Source: Podarcis vaucheri
Taxonomy: Eukaryota
Length of the DNA: 64,000 nucleotides
Assembly: GCA_965113315.1 (NCBI GenBank)
Contig: OZ220363.1
Strand: one strand, 5' to 3'
A program made the position numbers and the translations under genes. Below are positions 1-13,900 of the stretch, one piece after another (position 1 is the first letter of the stretch; every line of letters starts with the position of its first letter). A model generated the notes under the pieces. It ran no database searches. It saw nothing but the letters and a program-made list of their open reading frames with translations, and had not been told where the DNA came from.

Positions 1-265
1 GTGTTCCCAGAGCCGGGTGAGGCTGGGCTTTGGGAAGGAGGCGTGAGGGCTCTGATAGAGTCCTAGAGTCCTCCTTCCTCATTCCCAAATCCTAGTTTGG
101 GCTTTCCCAGTTTTGGGGAGGCAGTGTGAGGGCTGTGCCGGGGGGGAGGGCATGATATTATAGCCTTGCTCCCTTCGCCCCATCCAATGAGGAAGTGTGC
201 AGCCTGAGAGTTCTGTGTCAAAGTATTCTTGTGGCCCAGCAGATATGAAAAGTTGGACTGCCCTG
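1..265. mobile_element. Probable hAT-type non-autonomous element fragment (right end)
   Basis: Ends ...aaaagttggactgccctg, similar to the hAT terminus at 12821; left end outside the window. Confidence 0.4.
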
Positions 266-2300
266 ATTTAAAACATACCTTTGCTCTTCAAGGTTGAATT
301 CTATAAAGACTGGCTCTGCGTAAACGGTTTATGCATGGAGCTTATTAAATTCTATGATAGGAAGGACGTCTAATTTGGAAGCCCTTTACGAGCGTTCCTG
401 AGGGATCCTGCCTTATGCTACTGAGATAAGGTTCGTCTGGAAATAACAGAAGCTCCGCCTCCTAGTTGACAGAATTGGATGTCAGACCTTGTCTGCTGCC
501 AAAAGGAGGTGCATTCTCAGAAGTCAGACTGCCCTACTGTTACTATGGAGGCAAAGCAAAATCAAGAGATGAATCAGTGCTTAAATGAACAACCATGCAG
601 TACTTTACAAAAGATAAAGGCAGGGAGGGAGCAGCTTGCTTGAAGCATTATGGAGGGGCAAGGTTGGCATTCCATTCACTGATATGCGCATATATCATTT
701 CAGCTGCAAAACTAGTGCATAATTATTGTTGGTTGTTTGTGGTAAAAATTGCTTTTGTTTTTCCATCTTTCATGTACACATCTTTAAGATCACAGTTGAG
801 TAGGTATGATGCCCTCCTGAATTTCTCATGCCTTTTGTGGTCACTTGTCTCAAAAATACCTATTAACTGTAAACTCAGTAAAAATATTGGAAGGGGCACT
901 GCAAAACTAGGAGGAAGCTGGGTTTGCACTGCAATTGAGGTGACTGACAAACATCATGTTTCAATATTAAATCTGTCTTCATCCTGAGTAGAGGACTTCA
1001 CAAAGTGAAAGTAGAAGTTACACAAGTGTGCAACCATTTTATGTGCCATCCAAACTCTGGCTGGCTGCAAAAGACTTTTATGCAATAATTAAAAAAACTC
1101 GTTTGAGTTTGCAGCAAAGCATCAGGAGATCTATGGAGGTAATGTTTAAAGGAAATGATACCAAAATTCCACCTACAGGTTCAATATTATACACAGAGTG
1201 AAAATGGTATGTGGAAGGTCTATTTCTTATTCTAGGTCATAGCCCAAACATATTGTTAACCACTAGACTTTGTCATCTACACAAACATACTTATACAGTG
1301 TCTAAATATTTTTTTAATCCTCTGTTAACTGGAAGCATCAAATGTACCCCAAAAGGGGGGGGGGACTTTTCTGCCAGTCTTCTGTAACTGTCTATTAGAT
1401 CCCACACACCATTCTTGTGGGTTTATATCCTATACAATGTATGATGTTATTGATCCCAATGATTTATTTGCAACTATATTGTTTTACTAAAAAAAAAGGT
1501 GACGTTTTCAATGAAGGTGTAATTTTGTAGATATGCACTTGCTCTCATGCTTAATACAATTTCAGAGTTTTTTGTTTTAGTTTTCTCAGGGAAAAGTTGA
1601 CCTCATTTGGATATAATAATTTTTTGTTGTTGTTGGAGGGTCAAATCAAACAGTTTTAAAACTCTTAAGATATCTGCTTCAATATACACCTGACAATTAT
1701 TAAAAATTTGTTTTCAGATTAATTCAAAAGATCTCAAGTGGTAATCATTAATATAGTTATGTTCTCAGTGATCGTAAGCCAGTATGTGTAGCATCTTAAA
1801 TACAAGACTTTTAAGTTAATTATAGAATTAAAGATTCCCATGTTTTATTAGCTCAAACCACAAGTCCTCCTAGTTTCTGGAAAATGGGATGGAAAAGTAA
1901 ACATTAATTAGTAGTTGTCCCATTTTCTAGATGCTGACCAAGGTCTTTAAAAAATCAATTATTTTATACTTTATATTTGAAGTAATCAGATAAAATGCAA
2001 ACCATCAAATTTTGCTAGTCTAGTTTGCTTTCTGAAGTTCAACACAAAAATAAGCTGAAACCCATCATCAGAATACACACAAAAGCCTGCAGGCTTATAC
2101 ATTCCTTCAGTCCTTATTTTTATTCTCTTCATTTTGAAACTGATCATAACCATACTTCTCCAGAAGCTTCCATTGAAGTGACGTTGTCTAACTTGGGAAA
2201 ATTAGCAAGATGGAGAGCAGTCTGAATGCTGAAATACCACAAGGTGGACATGATAAGAAAACCTTTGAGAAATAACCACAAGACATAGCAGATGACTCAC

Positions 2301-2347
2301 CATTGGCGTCTTGTACTTGTGGCTCACCACTTCTTTAGTTTCAGGAA
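2301..2347 (-). CDS. MADD: MADD exon 35 (47 nt, dual frame)
   Basis: [16 protein letters not shown]|GTGAGT; reads FLKLKKW* if exon 34 is skipped. Confidence 0.95.
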
Positions 2348-5300
2348 CTAAAACCGGACGGGCAAGAGACAAAACAAAGAGTTCAAAAAACGACAAGAAA
2401 AATTGAGGGGTATAGTACAATGTTCCCAAAGGCAAGAGGAAAGGAAATGTGCAATGAGCTGCAGGGGGGAAAAGCACTCAGAATCACAGAATTGTAGAGC
2501 TGGAAGGGACCCAAGGGTCATCTAGTCCAACCCCCTGCAATGTAGGAATCTCAACTAAACAATCCTTTTTTACTAATGCTAAACTTTACTCATTCTTTTT
2601 TCTTTCTACCGTTAAACATTGACCTATACCTGTGCTGGTGCCATTAGTTCTTGCTTTAGATAACGTTCCAAAGGAAGATTTGGCAGGCGCCATCTTAAGA
2701 GCCTAAATACTTCTGTTAAATCATTTGTCAACGTGACAGGCTTAGTTTCAGATTTCACCTGTACATCAGCAACAGCAGATACATATTCCACTCTTATATA
2801 AACTAGCAGAAATTTACTTATGGATATTAAAAATTAAATGCCAGGAAGTCCAACTTCTATTCCCTCTGCAATAAGGAAGCAGAAGTAACAACGAAGGAAA
2901 TACTGCTCTTCTTTTATCGCATTCAAATTGACCACATCAAAAGCTTGTGCATTAGTACAATTTCTGATCTGAATAACGTAATCAAACAACTACAGGCGTC
3001 CCTCCAACTTACGCACGATTGACCACATATGCGAGCAGCACTGGGAAAGAAATAGACTCAAACCAGGAAATGGCAGGATTGCGCTAGAAAGTCCTCGTAA
3101 CTCACGAGGAGACACTTCCCAGAGTCTGAAGAGGACTTCAGTGAGGGCAGAGGAAGCCCCAAAGAGACCAGAGGCACAGCAGGGCTTTGCTTTGGCTGCT
3201 CAGCCTCCCCGCCTAGCAACTGACATACATGGGAGCAAGTCACCACCGATTTTCTGTGCATCCTCTAGCCTCCAAGTGGCCCCAGAGCTTCAACTCTAGT
3301 TTCAGAGAGAGCTATATGCAGAGAGAGCTGGAGAGCATGTAAAAATGGGCATTCAGAGGCTTTTTAGAGAGTATTCCCCACTTATGTGATTTTTGCTTAT
3401 GCGAACGGGGGCCCCAAAATGTAACCCAAACATAAGTGGGGGGGAGGACGCCTGTATATTCTAAAGTCAAATGATTATGGAATGATTTTGAATCTTTTCT
3501 TTGCAAAACATCTCAGATTTTCTAGGTTAACATAAAACAACTGAAGAAAAGAACCACTCTCCCCACTCCCCAAAAGGAATCCATGCATTTATCATGGGGA
3601 AAGATAGAGTAAGTATCTTATCATATAAACCCTGATATCACCTACTAAGACAGAATAAATGAATAGTCAATCTATGAACAAATGAATTCAGTGGTGAAAC
3701 AATATAACTCAAACAAACCCTTTCATACACGAGAACAAATGCTATCCAGGAGGTCAATACAAAACGATAAAAAACTAACCAATATTACAATGAGTCATAA
3801 CTCTAATACAAAACTATGTGCCAGCAGCTAGAACACAGGGCATTGCGGCATCAACATTTCTGGAAAGTTCTTAGGAAAATCCCACATATTTAACATATGT
3901 ACATGCCCAAAAGACACTATTCCATGCCACCAGGAACTAGATGAAGAGCAAGGTCTCACTCTAAACTACTTTAGTATCAAATAATTCTGGTACCAACTCT
4001 GTATCCCCATAAAAATGATTTAAACAACTAAAACCTGCTATATCATCACAAAAGGAATAAAAAATGATTAACACATTTCTGAGCTTGGAGTTAGTATGAT
4101 CATTTGAAAGGCAAGTATATTGGACAGAAGAAACTGAAGTCAAGAAGTCTGGACCAAACAGAAGAGGAGTTGCAAAGTTCCTGACCCTTGAGAACTGGTT
4201 TTAGGAAGGGGACCATCACGCTCACTAAATCCCCCTGTTCCCCAACTCCAAAAATGAAAATAGGTTTTTAGAAAGGAAACTGGAAGAGAACCGGGGGGGG
4301 GGGGTGTTACAAAGACCCAAGAAAGTTTGGTGGGGGAAGGGGGATAAAACATTACTACTGCATAGTATTAACAAACAAACCAAAAACGAGCTAAAAGGGG
4401 AGCATCTGATTTCTGAAGCTTTTACAGTTAGAAGGATGAAAGAAATAAGTACACAAGTGCCATCCTGCTTCCTCTTGCCCTGTGAATAAGAATACAGGTA
4501 CAAAGTACTAACAAAGGATTGGGACGAGGGGCAACACTTTACCTGCTGGAGAATGAAGGTTTTCATAGCAGCAACAGTGAAGGGGTCACCAAAAAGTTAA
4601 GCACAAATACATAGCAGTAACTCAAATCTCAGAGCCAAGGCCTGGTGCTTCCTACTTTCTCTAAGCAATTCTTTCCAGGAACACTTCCTTCCAGCTATAC
4701 GCCCTAAGATCTCATCTCCAACTTCCACATTGTCCTTTGTAAAGTGGTCTTGGATAACATGAGAAACATAAAAACAACCAAGCTGACAAAATGAAAATCA
4801 AGCAATGTGAAGTATAATCAGTAAGACCTACAGAACAACCTTATTACTCATTGATTAGCTAGTTATTTTGGATGGCGATTAAAAACTACAATTCTTCCTA
4901 TTAGGAAAAAGCAGGAAAATCTGCTTTAGCAATTGTGGATTCCATGCACTACCACTTTCATACTTTCATATGCAGCTGATAATGTCTTCTTTTGAAATTA
5001 TCAAAACATGAGATAATTATATATTATATACAAGGCTTGGGCCTATTGTCTATAGTCATTGAAATTTCGGTTTCAAGGTCTGTCAGACACAAACTGACTG
5101 AAACAAAGATGGAGACAAAGTGGCTCTTTGCTGGACCATAACTCTTAATAGTCTCTCACCCTTGGCCGCACTTATCAGGTTCTTCCTCGCAGGCTAAATT
5201 TGACAGGTGGGCAAAGCTGCCCGTCTGCTGATCACCTGATGTCACAAATGATATCAGGTGATTGGGTGCTTTGAAATCAGCCAAGTCCCACCCCTCCTTG

Positions 5301-8300
5301 CCCTGCAATTGACATCAGGTGTAGGCCGGGTGGGCATGGTGTGCACAAAGCAGTTTGCAGGCCAAATAGGGAAGCCTGATGGGATGCATCTGGCCCATGG
5401 ACCAGAGGCTTCCCACCCTGTTCTAACTTAGTAAACTTAGTAAACAATCACATAGCACAGGGGTGCCTGATCCAGATCAGGGCCATATCAAAAGGAAGAA
5501 GGGATGAACCTTTCTTTGGACAGGCCAAGACTGCAACAACTTATTTCTTTCCAGGGGAGTTTCTAGATGGGAAGTTTATTGTGGAACTGGTGCTGATCAC
5601 TAACACAAGTTTTTTAGAGTGTCCTCATGGCATTGTCATCAAACCGTCAGCCCATTTTTTTATATTTAATACAGATTTCCCCTTAACCTAGAAAATATAC
5701 ATAAAATTAACCTCCAAATACATCTTCAGCCACTTCTGGTCTGAAAGCTCATTAGCTTTTGGTGGGTGGTTTATTATGTGATGGCATTTTAGTAGATAGT
5801 CTCTGTCACATCTCTAGACATTTCACTTGCAGTGGTCCCCGGTACCACTGGAATATTGATCATTTCATGCTGAAGGCTTGCCTGTTTTGGAGAATCTAGT
5901 CTCTCAGTACCTTCACACCATGTAGGGAGATTGCCTTTGAGACTAATTGGAGTACATACACCAGGGTTTTAAAAAATGTTTAATATGGAGGTCTTACAGA
6001 AGACCTCTTATCATTCTTGCCCAAGCCTTATGGTAAATCTCACTCTTGCACAAGACCTCAGTGCTAAAAATTAAAAATCAAGTGAACAAATGAAAATGAA
6101 TATGGCCCTCACTATAGCAAAAAAGCACACTCCTCCATTTTACTCATTGTGAAACCAGATAAATGGCTGGATAAGACTGGTAATGTGTTCTCCTGGGATT
6201 TTTTGATTTTTTTAAAGATACACACATCGGTTCAGAAATACCTGTATACATGTATATTCAGACTAGAAAAAGGAGATTGGGGAGGGTGGGAGGAGTGGCA
6301 TAAAACTCAGCTCAGATACATTCTGTCAAGCTCTGCCCATGGTGGATGGCAAGCGGCAATCATCCCTTGATTGAACATTGATGACTGCAAATGGAAATGT
6401 GTGGCTAATGTGTCAAATGGACAACCAACCAAATCAGATCTGAAGGACCTATTCTGTGGTATAAGGCCACTCTCTGGAAGCACCCAAACAGTACTTTCAC
6501 AGTACTTTCACAGCAGAAAGGGTCTCCCAAAGCGAAGTGAACTGGAATATTGACTAGCAATTGCTCTGATCAGTCAGTCTGAGTATCAGTTGAGCATTTA
6601 TGTGAACCCCATGCAATGCCCTATGGTGCAGTGCAGATGGCATGGACTGCTTACAAACTGCTATAGAGCTTTGGCGTAACTGACCTGCTGATTTGTACCA
6701 GTGTACATACTCTCAAAAGATGTCTTGGAGAACCATCTACAGAAGATGGAATTCACTTTTACATTACATACCCCCACATTTCAATGAATTTGGAACATCC
6801 ATAAATATGGAAGTTTAAATTGCCCTGAGTTAAATTCTACACTCACTTCATTTAGCAGAAGTTCTTTACCTAGCTATCCCTTTCCCAGCTCTTCTTTTCC
6901 CATCAGAATAAGTTCCTTGTCAAAACAAAACAAATCACTATGCTGAATTTACTCCATTCAACGAAGTTTTCTTAAGCAGCAAAAAAGAAGTTAAGTTGTT
7001 AGCCTCATTTCACCTCAGATCAAATACAAATCAAAGAAGTGTAGACATTGTAGTCTGTTGCAGAACATACAACAAGAATCCTCTAACACATTGAAGTAGC
7101 AAATTATTGTGGCCTAAAATTCATGATCCAGAGCCCATTTCATCGAAACCAATGCAATGCATCAATACTATATCTAGTAACAGCCTAACTACTATAGAAA
7201 GATAGCCTAGTTAAAAAAACAAACAAACACAAAGTACACTAATTGCTGGTCGCCATCCCCATCTGCACTGGACAACCTCAGAAAAGTCAGCTATGTCCTG
7301 CTGGTCTCTCTCTCTCTCTCTCTGACACCCACCCACATGTTTCTTCCTGATAGCAACAGGGAGCATTCCTCAGTAACAGGAAAAATATACAAGGCAGTCA
7401 CACCTCACTCATTCCACATACACTCACCACACACATACAAACCGCAGATGCACATGCAACACTCACTCTCTCTCTCGCTCGCTCACTCATACACAACACA
7501 CTTCATACCTGCATTTCTCCCTGTCTCTCTGTCCAAGTCACAGACATGGGTGTCCACAGGAATTTTTCCATTGGGGGAGGCAAAATAAAGCACTGAAAGG
7601 ATGAAGCAGCCAATGTCTCCCCCAAAATGGGAAGAATATGCCTATAAGTTTTGCCTTATATCTCAGGTTCTAAAATTGTTAGAAATGTACTTTAAAAAAG
7701 AAAGGAATCTGGGGATTATAGTTCATCCTGGGGACACTAAAAAGGCTTTCGCATATGCCATGGTGATGTATTATACTCAGACTCTTGGGCAAGTAACTTG
7801 TTCTTTTTGACCAGGCAGATCCCCATAGTAGCTGCTTTGTGGTGGTGCCCATAAGAGTTGCTCAAATTCCTAAATATGCCCACAGACCCAAAAGGTTGGT
7901 GACTCCAGCTCTAAAATCTTGTTATCTAAGCTTAACAATGCCTCAAGTTCACTCATGTCTTCTCCAGTTCTAATAACCTGTTTAGACACAATTTATGCTG
8001 CTTCCTTTGACCTTTCCCTGCCACCCCCCAAAAAAGAAAAATCTATCAAGACGATACAGTTCTGCCTCATGGAGAGGATCAGAAATTTGAGTTACTGCCA
8101 TGTGAGTACAAACCTAATATCAAAATAATGTAATTACCAAATTCTTCCAGGACAAAGACTCCTCGCACTGTATTGCACTTTTTAATGTGATTCAGCTCTA
8201 TGAAAACCTGAAAGAAAAGAGGAGGAAGACACATGATTAGAATAAAGAATGCAATGTCAAAATAAAACAAGAACAAAAAGCACACCACAGCAGTTATAAC

Positions 8301-10881
8301 TTGGGATGTTGTAGCATATACTACCAGTTCAACTATAGTTTACTACTTAAATCAAAAGAAAGAGAAATTGGAAAATAAAAATCAAAAAATTGCCACAATG
8401 CTAGAAATCAAGAAACAACTTAAAAGGCTAAGAAGCTAAGACAGCAGAAGATGGAGTACCTTCCGCTCCTTGCAGGAGGAGAAAGCATGGAAGAGAAACG
8501 AAAGAGTTAGTAACTCTTGACATATCCAACATTGCTACCCCCTTCAGGCACTCAACTGATTTACAGCAAAAATAAAAACCAACACACTTTGAAATGAAAC
8601 AAAAGGAGGGACACAGACTGCTTCCAGATTTGGTCTGTCATTTGTGGTCTTGCCCCATCCCATTAAATGTCTGCCTCTCCATGCATCCTCCTCCGGCACA
8701 GAGGGCAGGCAAGAGGTGCCATGCTTCCCACCCAAACCAAGGGTTTTTCTTCTATATTTCCACACGTGATGATGCTCAAGATTTGCAGACTGCAGATTAC
8801 ACTAAGTGCTAAAACAAAGGGAGGTTGAGGAAAAAATGAAGCAGCAGGTTTTCACTTCTCTGACTCAGAAACAGAAAGTGTGCGAAAATAAATAAGCTAT
8901 CTTATTGTAGTAGTCCATTCAACACCCAAAGTAGCTTCTCAAACATCCATGCGCATCTTGGAAAGTGCAATCACACTGTTTCATTCAGGACGAGGGGTAA
9001 TATATGGCCTATGTGGAAAAGTACAGGAGGGAAATCAGAATATCTCTATACTAAGATCTCTCCAAACAATGGCAAAATCCCAGGTGTTTTTCTATTAGCA
9101 ATATACTTACACTAGCATACATAAAATGTCAATATTATGATATGCCATCCCCAAAGAATGGGAGGATAGTCTGTTTACAGGGATATGATGGGAGAGATAA
9201 GTAGGAGACTGCTTTATTAAAGGAAGATAGCCTGGTTTGTTTCTTTAAAAATGCACTTAAAAATCTAGCAATTTCTCATTTAAAAAAGTATAGTACTAAG
9301 TCCTAGGAAAAGTTGCAACATCCCTGAAAAAGAAATGCTTCTGGAGGGAAAGATGTTCCCCAACTAACTGAATAACAACATGTTTATTATGTTGTATATT
9401 GCGTAACTGACAAAGTCCTTAGAATCAATCATTTATAAAAATAAATAAAAAGCTTACAAGGGATGATTACACCTATCTCTATCCTTTTCTGTTTTACCAG
9501 AATCTACAATCTCAGTGTTTACCCAGTGCATGGCTGCAAAAAATAGGTTGTCAGTCTTTGAGCAATAAGTTTCCAAATCCGGACAATGCCACAACAAAGG
9601 GCTTGTTATTTGGGCAAAATACAGCAATACCTATCATGCTAGAGTCTATTTGGGTTTACAGTTTCGGGGTGCTTTGGGAATCTACTGCTGCATCTGGGAC
9701 TACAGATTGCAACAGTGGACAAAATTATAGCCCCAGAGCATGGTTTAAGGATACTGTACATGATTCTGCTACTTCGTTGGCAAACCATTGGGAACCCTGT
9801 GTAAGTTATCTTGTTTCCATGATGGAATAAAGGCATGAAAGGTATGTACAATTCAGTTGACACAGTCCCCCAAACAGCTTAAATACACAGAGAAGTGTGA
9901 ATTAGAATAAATGGTGAATTAGAATACACTTGGAAATTTATAAAGAATTGACTTGCTTTATTCCAAGGTTCAAATGGCAAGTTATGAGGCAACTATAGGA
10001 TTCCAAACTCTGTTGTTATAACATGGGTGTAGCCAAGGGGAAGGCAGGGGGGCAGCTGCCCACCTAAATCAACACCAACCAATACAAATTTGAGGTTCTG
10101 CCCCATAGCAAAAGCCTGCCCCTCCTAACAAAAACCCTGGCTACGCTCATGCATTATTGTGCTTGAACAGGGTGCTAGGGAGATTTGCAAGGGAGAACCA
10201 ACATGTAAGATTGAGATGTTAAATCCTTCCACTGCCCCTGTATTATCTCCTGAAAATTCCTGCCTTACTGTTGTTAACCAATTTTCCCCATATTGATTCC
10301 AAGACCAGAAGCCAGACCAACTGGGGGGAACAGCTAGTGGAGGGAGGCATTTGCAGGGGGAATCAATAGGTGCCAGAAGGTTCACACACGCCACTTCTGC
10401 CCACTGATTCTCCTCAAGAAAAGTCCCAATTCATGCAGTCATGTTACCCTGGCAAACACAGGTTTGGGTAGACACATTTGATGAGATAGCCCAAATGGTT
10501 AGAAATTCAAGGAAATCAGGTTTATACACAATGACTTCTGATCACCGCTTTCTGTGCTTCATTAGCTACACTCCCCCCGCCCATGTATTCAAAGTAGCAA
10601 ATGCTCAATCATTGTTGAAAAGTGAGTATGTAATCCCACAGAGCCATTTCTGCTGAAAAGCATCTTGCTTCTTGAGCAGTGCAAGTGGCTATACTGGAAA
10701 GTTAAAACGAAAACAAAAAACCTCCACCTGTATGTATATTTCTCCCCAGCATATGTGAACAGCTTCGCTGAATCTCAGCCTAGGGCTCCTAGGGACACCA
10801 GTAGAACTTAGAAAAAAACTTAGAAAAACAACAACAGAACACTGCACAAAAGACTGACTGACAAATTTAACTCTCTCCCCA

Positions 10882-10931
<50 letters not shown>

Positions 10932-13900
10932 AAACCCAACCCTAAAATTGATTCCACAGCATATGCAAAACAAACATGAACACCAAGCAAAAGAAAAACA
11001 ATGATCAAGAGAAGCAAAAAAGAAAACACATCCAGAGAAAAGAACAGAGTGGCACACAAATCCATTTGTGTTTCCTCTATACCTAGAGATAATGACAGAT
11101 TCAAAAGGGAATAAATAATTACGTCTGTATCTTTATGAGAAAAATTGTTTCTGTCTGATTTATTGAACAGCCTCCGCTTTCAACCACAGATGAACAAGAG
11201 CACTGCCCTGCCCTGCCCCACCCATTTAGGGGGCGCAGCCATGTGACGCGTTTTGTGACACCAGGGGCAGGACTCATGGAGGGTGGCAATCTTTGCGCTT
11301 GCTCGTCACAGCCCCCACCCGGCTCCTGGGCAAAGGCTGGCCAGTGGCAGCCCCCTCAATATTGGGGGGGCACAGCACCTTTCCCCTGAATATTAGGGGG
11401 CAGGAGCCCCTTGTGCCCCATATACCTGGCGCCCCTGCAGATGAATTACACATGATGCAGGAGCGGCTACCTATCTTTTAAAAAAAAGTTTGCTAATGCC
11501 AATTTTAGTTATTTTAGTTTATTTTTCCATACAACAATAGTTGTCATGAATTCACCAAAGTTAAATGGTGAGCAAATTGTTCCATAAGGCTGGAAAGTTA
11601 TTTTTTTTAATAATAAAAAACCAGTGTTTTTTGCTACGTCCATACAATATACCTAAGTGTTCCAAGACTAAATGTTGTTGGAAATTGTTTTGGAAATCCA
11701 ATGTAAGCAAACCTTACCATCACCTGAATTGCATTTTTTTCTTCAACTTGAAAGAACAAAATACATCTATAGCATCATTAAGAAGATTGAATGAACAACC
11801 CCATATGCTGGTTGCAGAAAAACTAAAGCTCATTTAAAGAATTATTTGGATTAGGGCCATTATTTTTGTTGGTAGTATGTGAATTCTGCGTACTAGTATA
11901 TAGAGCTAATATTTCATTCTAAGACAGATACTACATAATTTAAATACTAACACTGAGATTCTCTTAAGTGTGGAGGAAAAGAATTGTCTTTCTCCTTCAC
12001 CTCCCCAAGGGAAGAGGAAACACGTTTATTGGTGCACTTTAAGAAGCTCCATGCTCAAATACTCTTGTTCAAGGGTTCTTTCCTACCTGACTGTGCATGA
12101 ATTTCAGGTTAATCCCTTCCAGGGTGACTTGGAGAAGCCCCCCTTCACCAGTTTTCATATCCTGCACTGGGAATTCCCCACCCAGTTCAGGGCCTGCAAT
12201 GTAAAAAGAAAACAGAAAAAAGGAGGAAAATGCTTCCCAATACAAAGTGATTTACGTACACAGAAAAACATAGGACACTGCATTTAAAGGAGGATCCCAG
12301 AAGCAAACCCTTTCCTCAAAATGGTGCCATAGCACATCTTATTTCTATAGGCTGGATAACAATAAGCAATATAGAGATGCTAACTAGATATCTGCAAAGA
12401 CTGGGACTTTAGAGATCATGGTATGTTTTGTCATTTATGCCTGTTAAATTCTTATGAAGGATAACCAAAGAGCTCTAGCCCTAAGCAGTAGCCTAGCATT
12501 TCATTATGTTACTATAATGCATGGGTAGGCAAACCAAGGCCCGGGGGCCGTATCCGGCCCAATCGCCTTCTAAATCTGGCCCGTGGACGGGCGGGAATCA
12601 GTGTGTTTTTACATTAGTAGAATGTGCCCTTTTATTTAAAATGCATCTTTGGGTTATTTGCGGGGCCTGCCTGGAGTTTTTACATGAGTAGAATGTGTGC
12701 TTTTATATAAAAGTGGGGCATAGGAATTCGTTCATATTTTTTTTCAAAATATAGTCTGGCCCCCCAAAAGGTCTGAGGGACAGTGGACCAGCCCCCTGCT
12801 GAAAAAGTTTGCTGACCCCTGCTATAATGCCTCACTGACTCACAAACCTCACAACACAAGGGCCAATCTGTTGGTGTTCCTGCAACTTTGTACTGTTTTG
12901 ATCTGGCCTGATGGGCGACAATCTTGCTGTCTCTTAACTGTTATTTTCAGCGTGGACAAATGATGTGCTAATGTCACACATTAAATTGGGAGTGGTTTTA
13001 GCCTGCAGAATCATTTTGGCAATCTTTCTGAGCAAAAGAAAGGCTCTGTGAGGAGGAAATAAGTGACATTTCCTCCATTTCCTTATAGGCTATCTGCACA
13101 CCTACGAGTTGTTGAACATATATGGATTTTTTTAAAAAAATCTGCAAATGTCTACATGTGTAGCTGTGTACAATTTTGCTAATGGCGCTTAAGACTTCTG
13201 CAAAGGATCAGGTGTGTATCTTGGAGGTGCTGGGAGATTTTGGGTCTTTAGGACATTTGTGGGGCTTGGTGGAAGAAAAGATTTAAGAGCAACCATGTCC
13301 TTGTCATCTGGCTGCTAAGCTCAGTATCCCATTATTATTGCAGTATCAGGGGAAATAAATAATGTTTATTTCTCCCCCGGCAATTCCTTGGAGGAAAGTC
13401 AAATTCCTTTCTGGCATCAGCATTTCCAGAGTGAAAAGGAGGGGCAGTATTTTCAGCCCCTTAAATATAAAGGACAACACACTCCCAAAAACTCTTTTAG
13501 AAAGTTGTGGCACTTGCCAAAGTTCATCTATGCCCGTTAAGGCTCTTACCAGGTTTTGTGCTTTGTTGTCTTGCCGCTGCTCTCTCCATACTGTCTTTTA
13601 CACAATAATATAATTCCCGGCACTACAACGGATTAAAATAAAATAAATAAATAAATAGGTTTTCTGCAGATACATAATGGAGATTCATAAAACACAGAGC
13701 TAATACAGTGGCGAGAACTTAATAGCGCAAAGAATAATAAAGCATACAAACATTTCTGAGTACTTATTAATTATCTGCCACATTTCCTCCAAGCAGCTCA
13801 ACTTCTTGAAGGAAAGTTGGGATACAATGCACAGGAAATAACAGTAGTATTTTAGACCATACTTTTTAAATATTTGCTAAAAATAATAAAATACGGTTAT

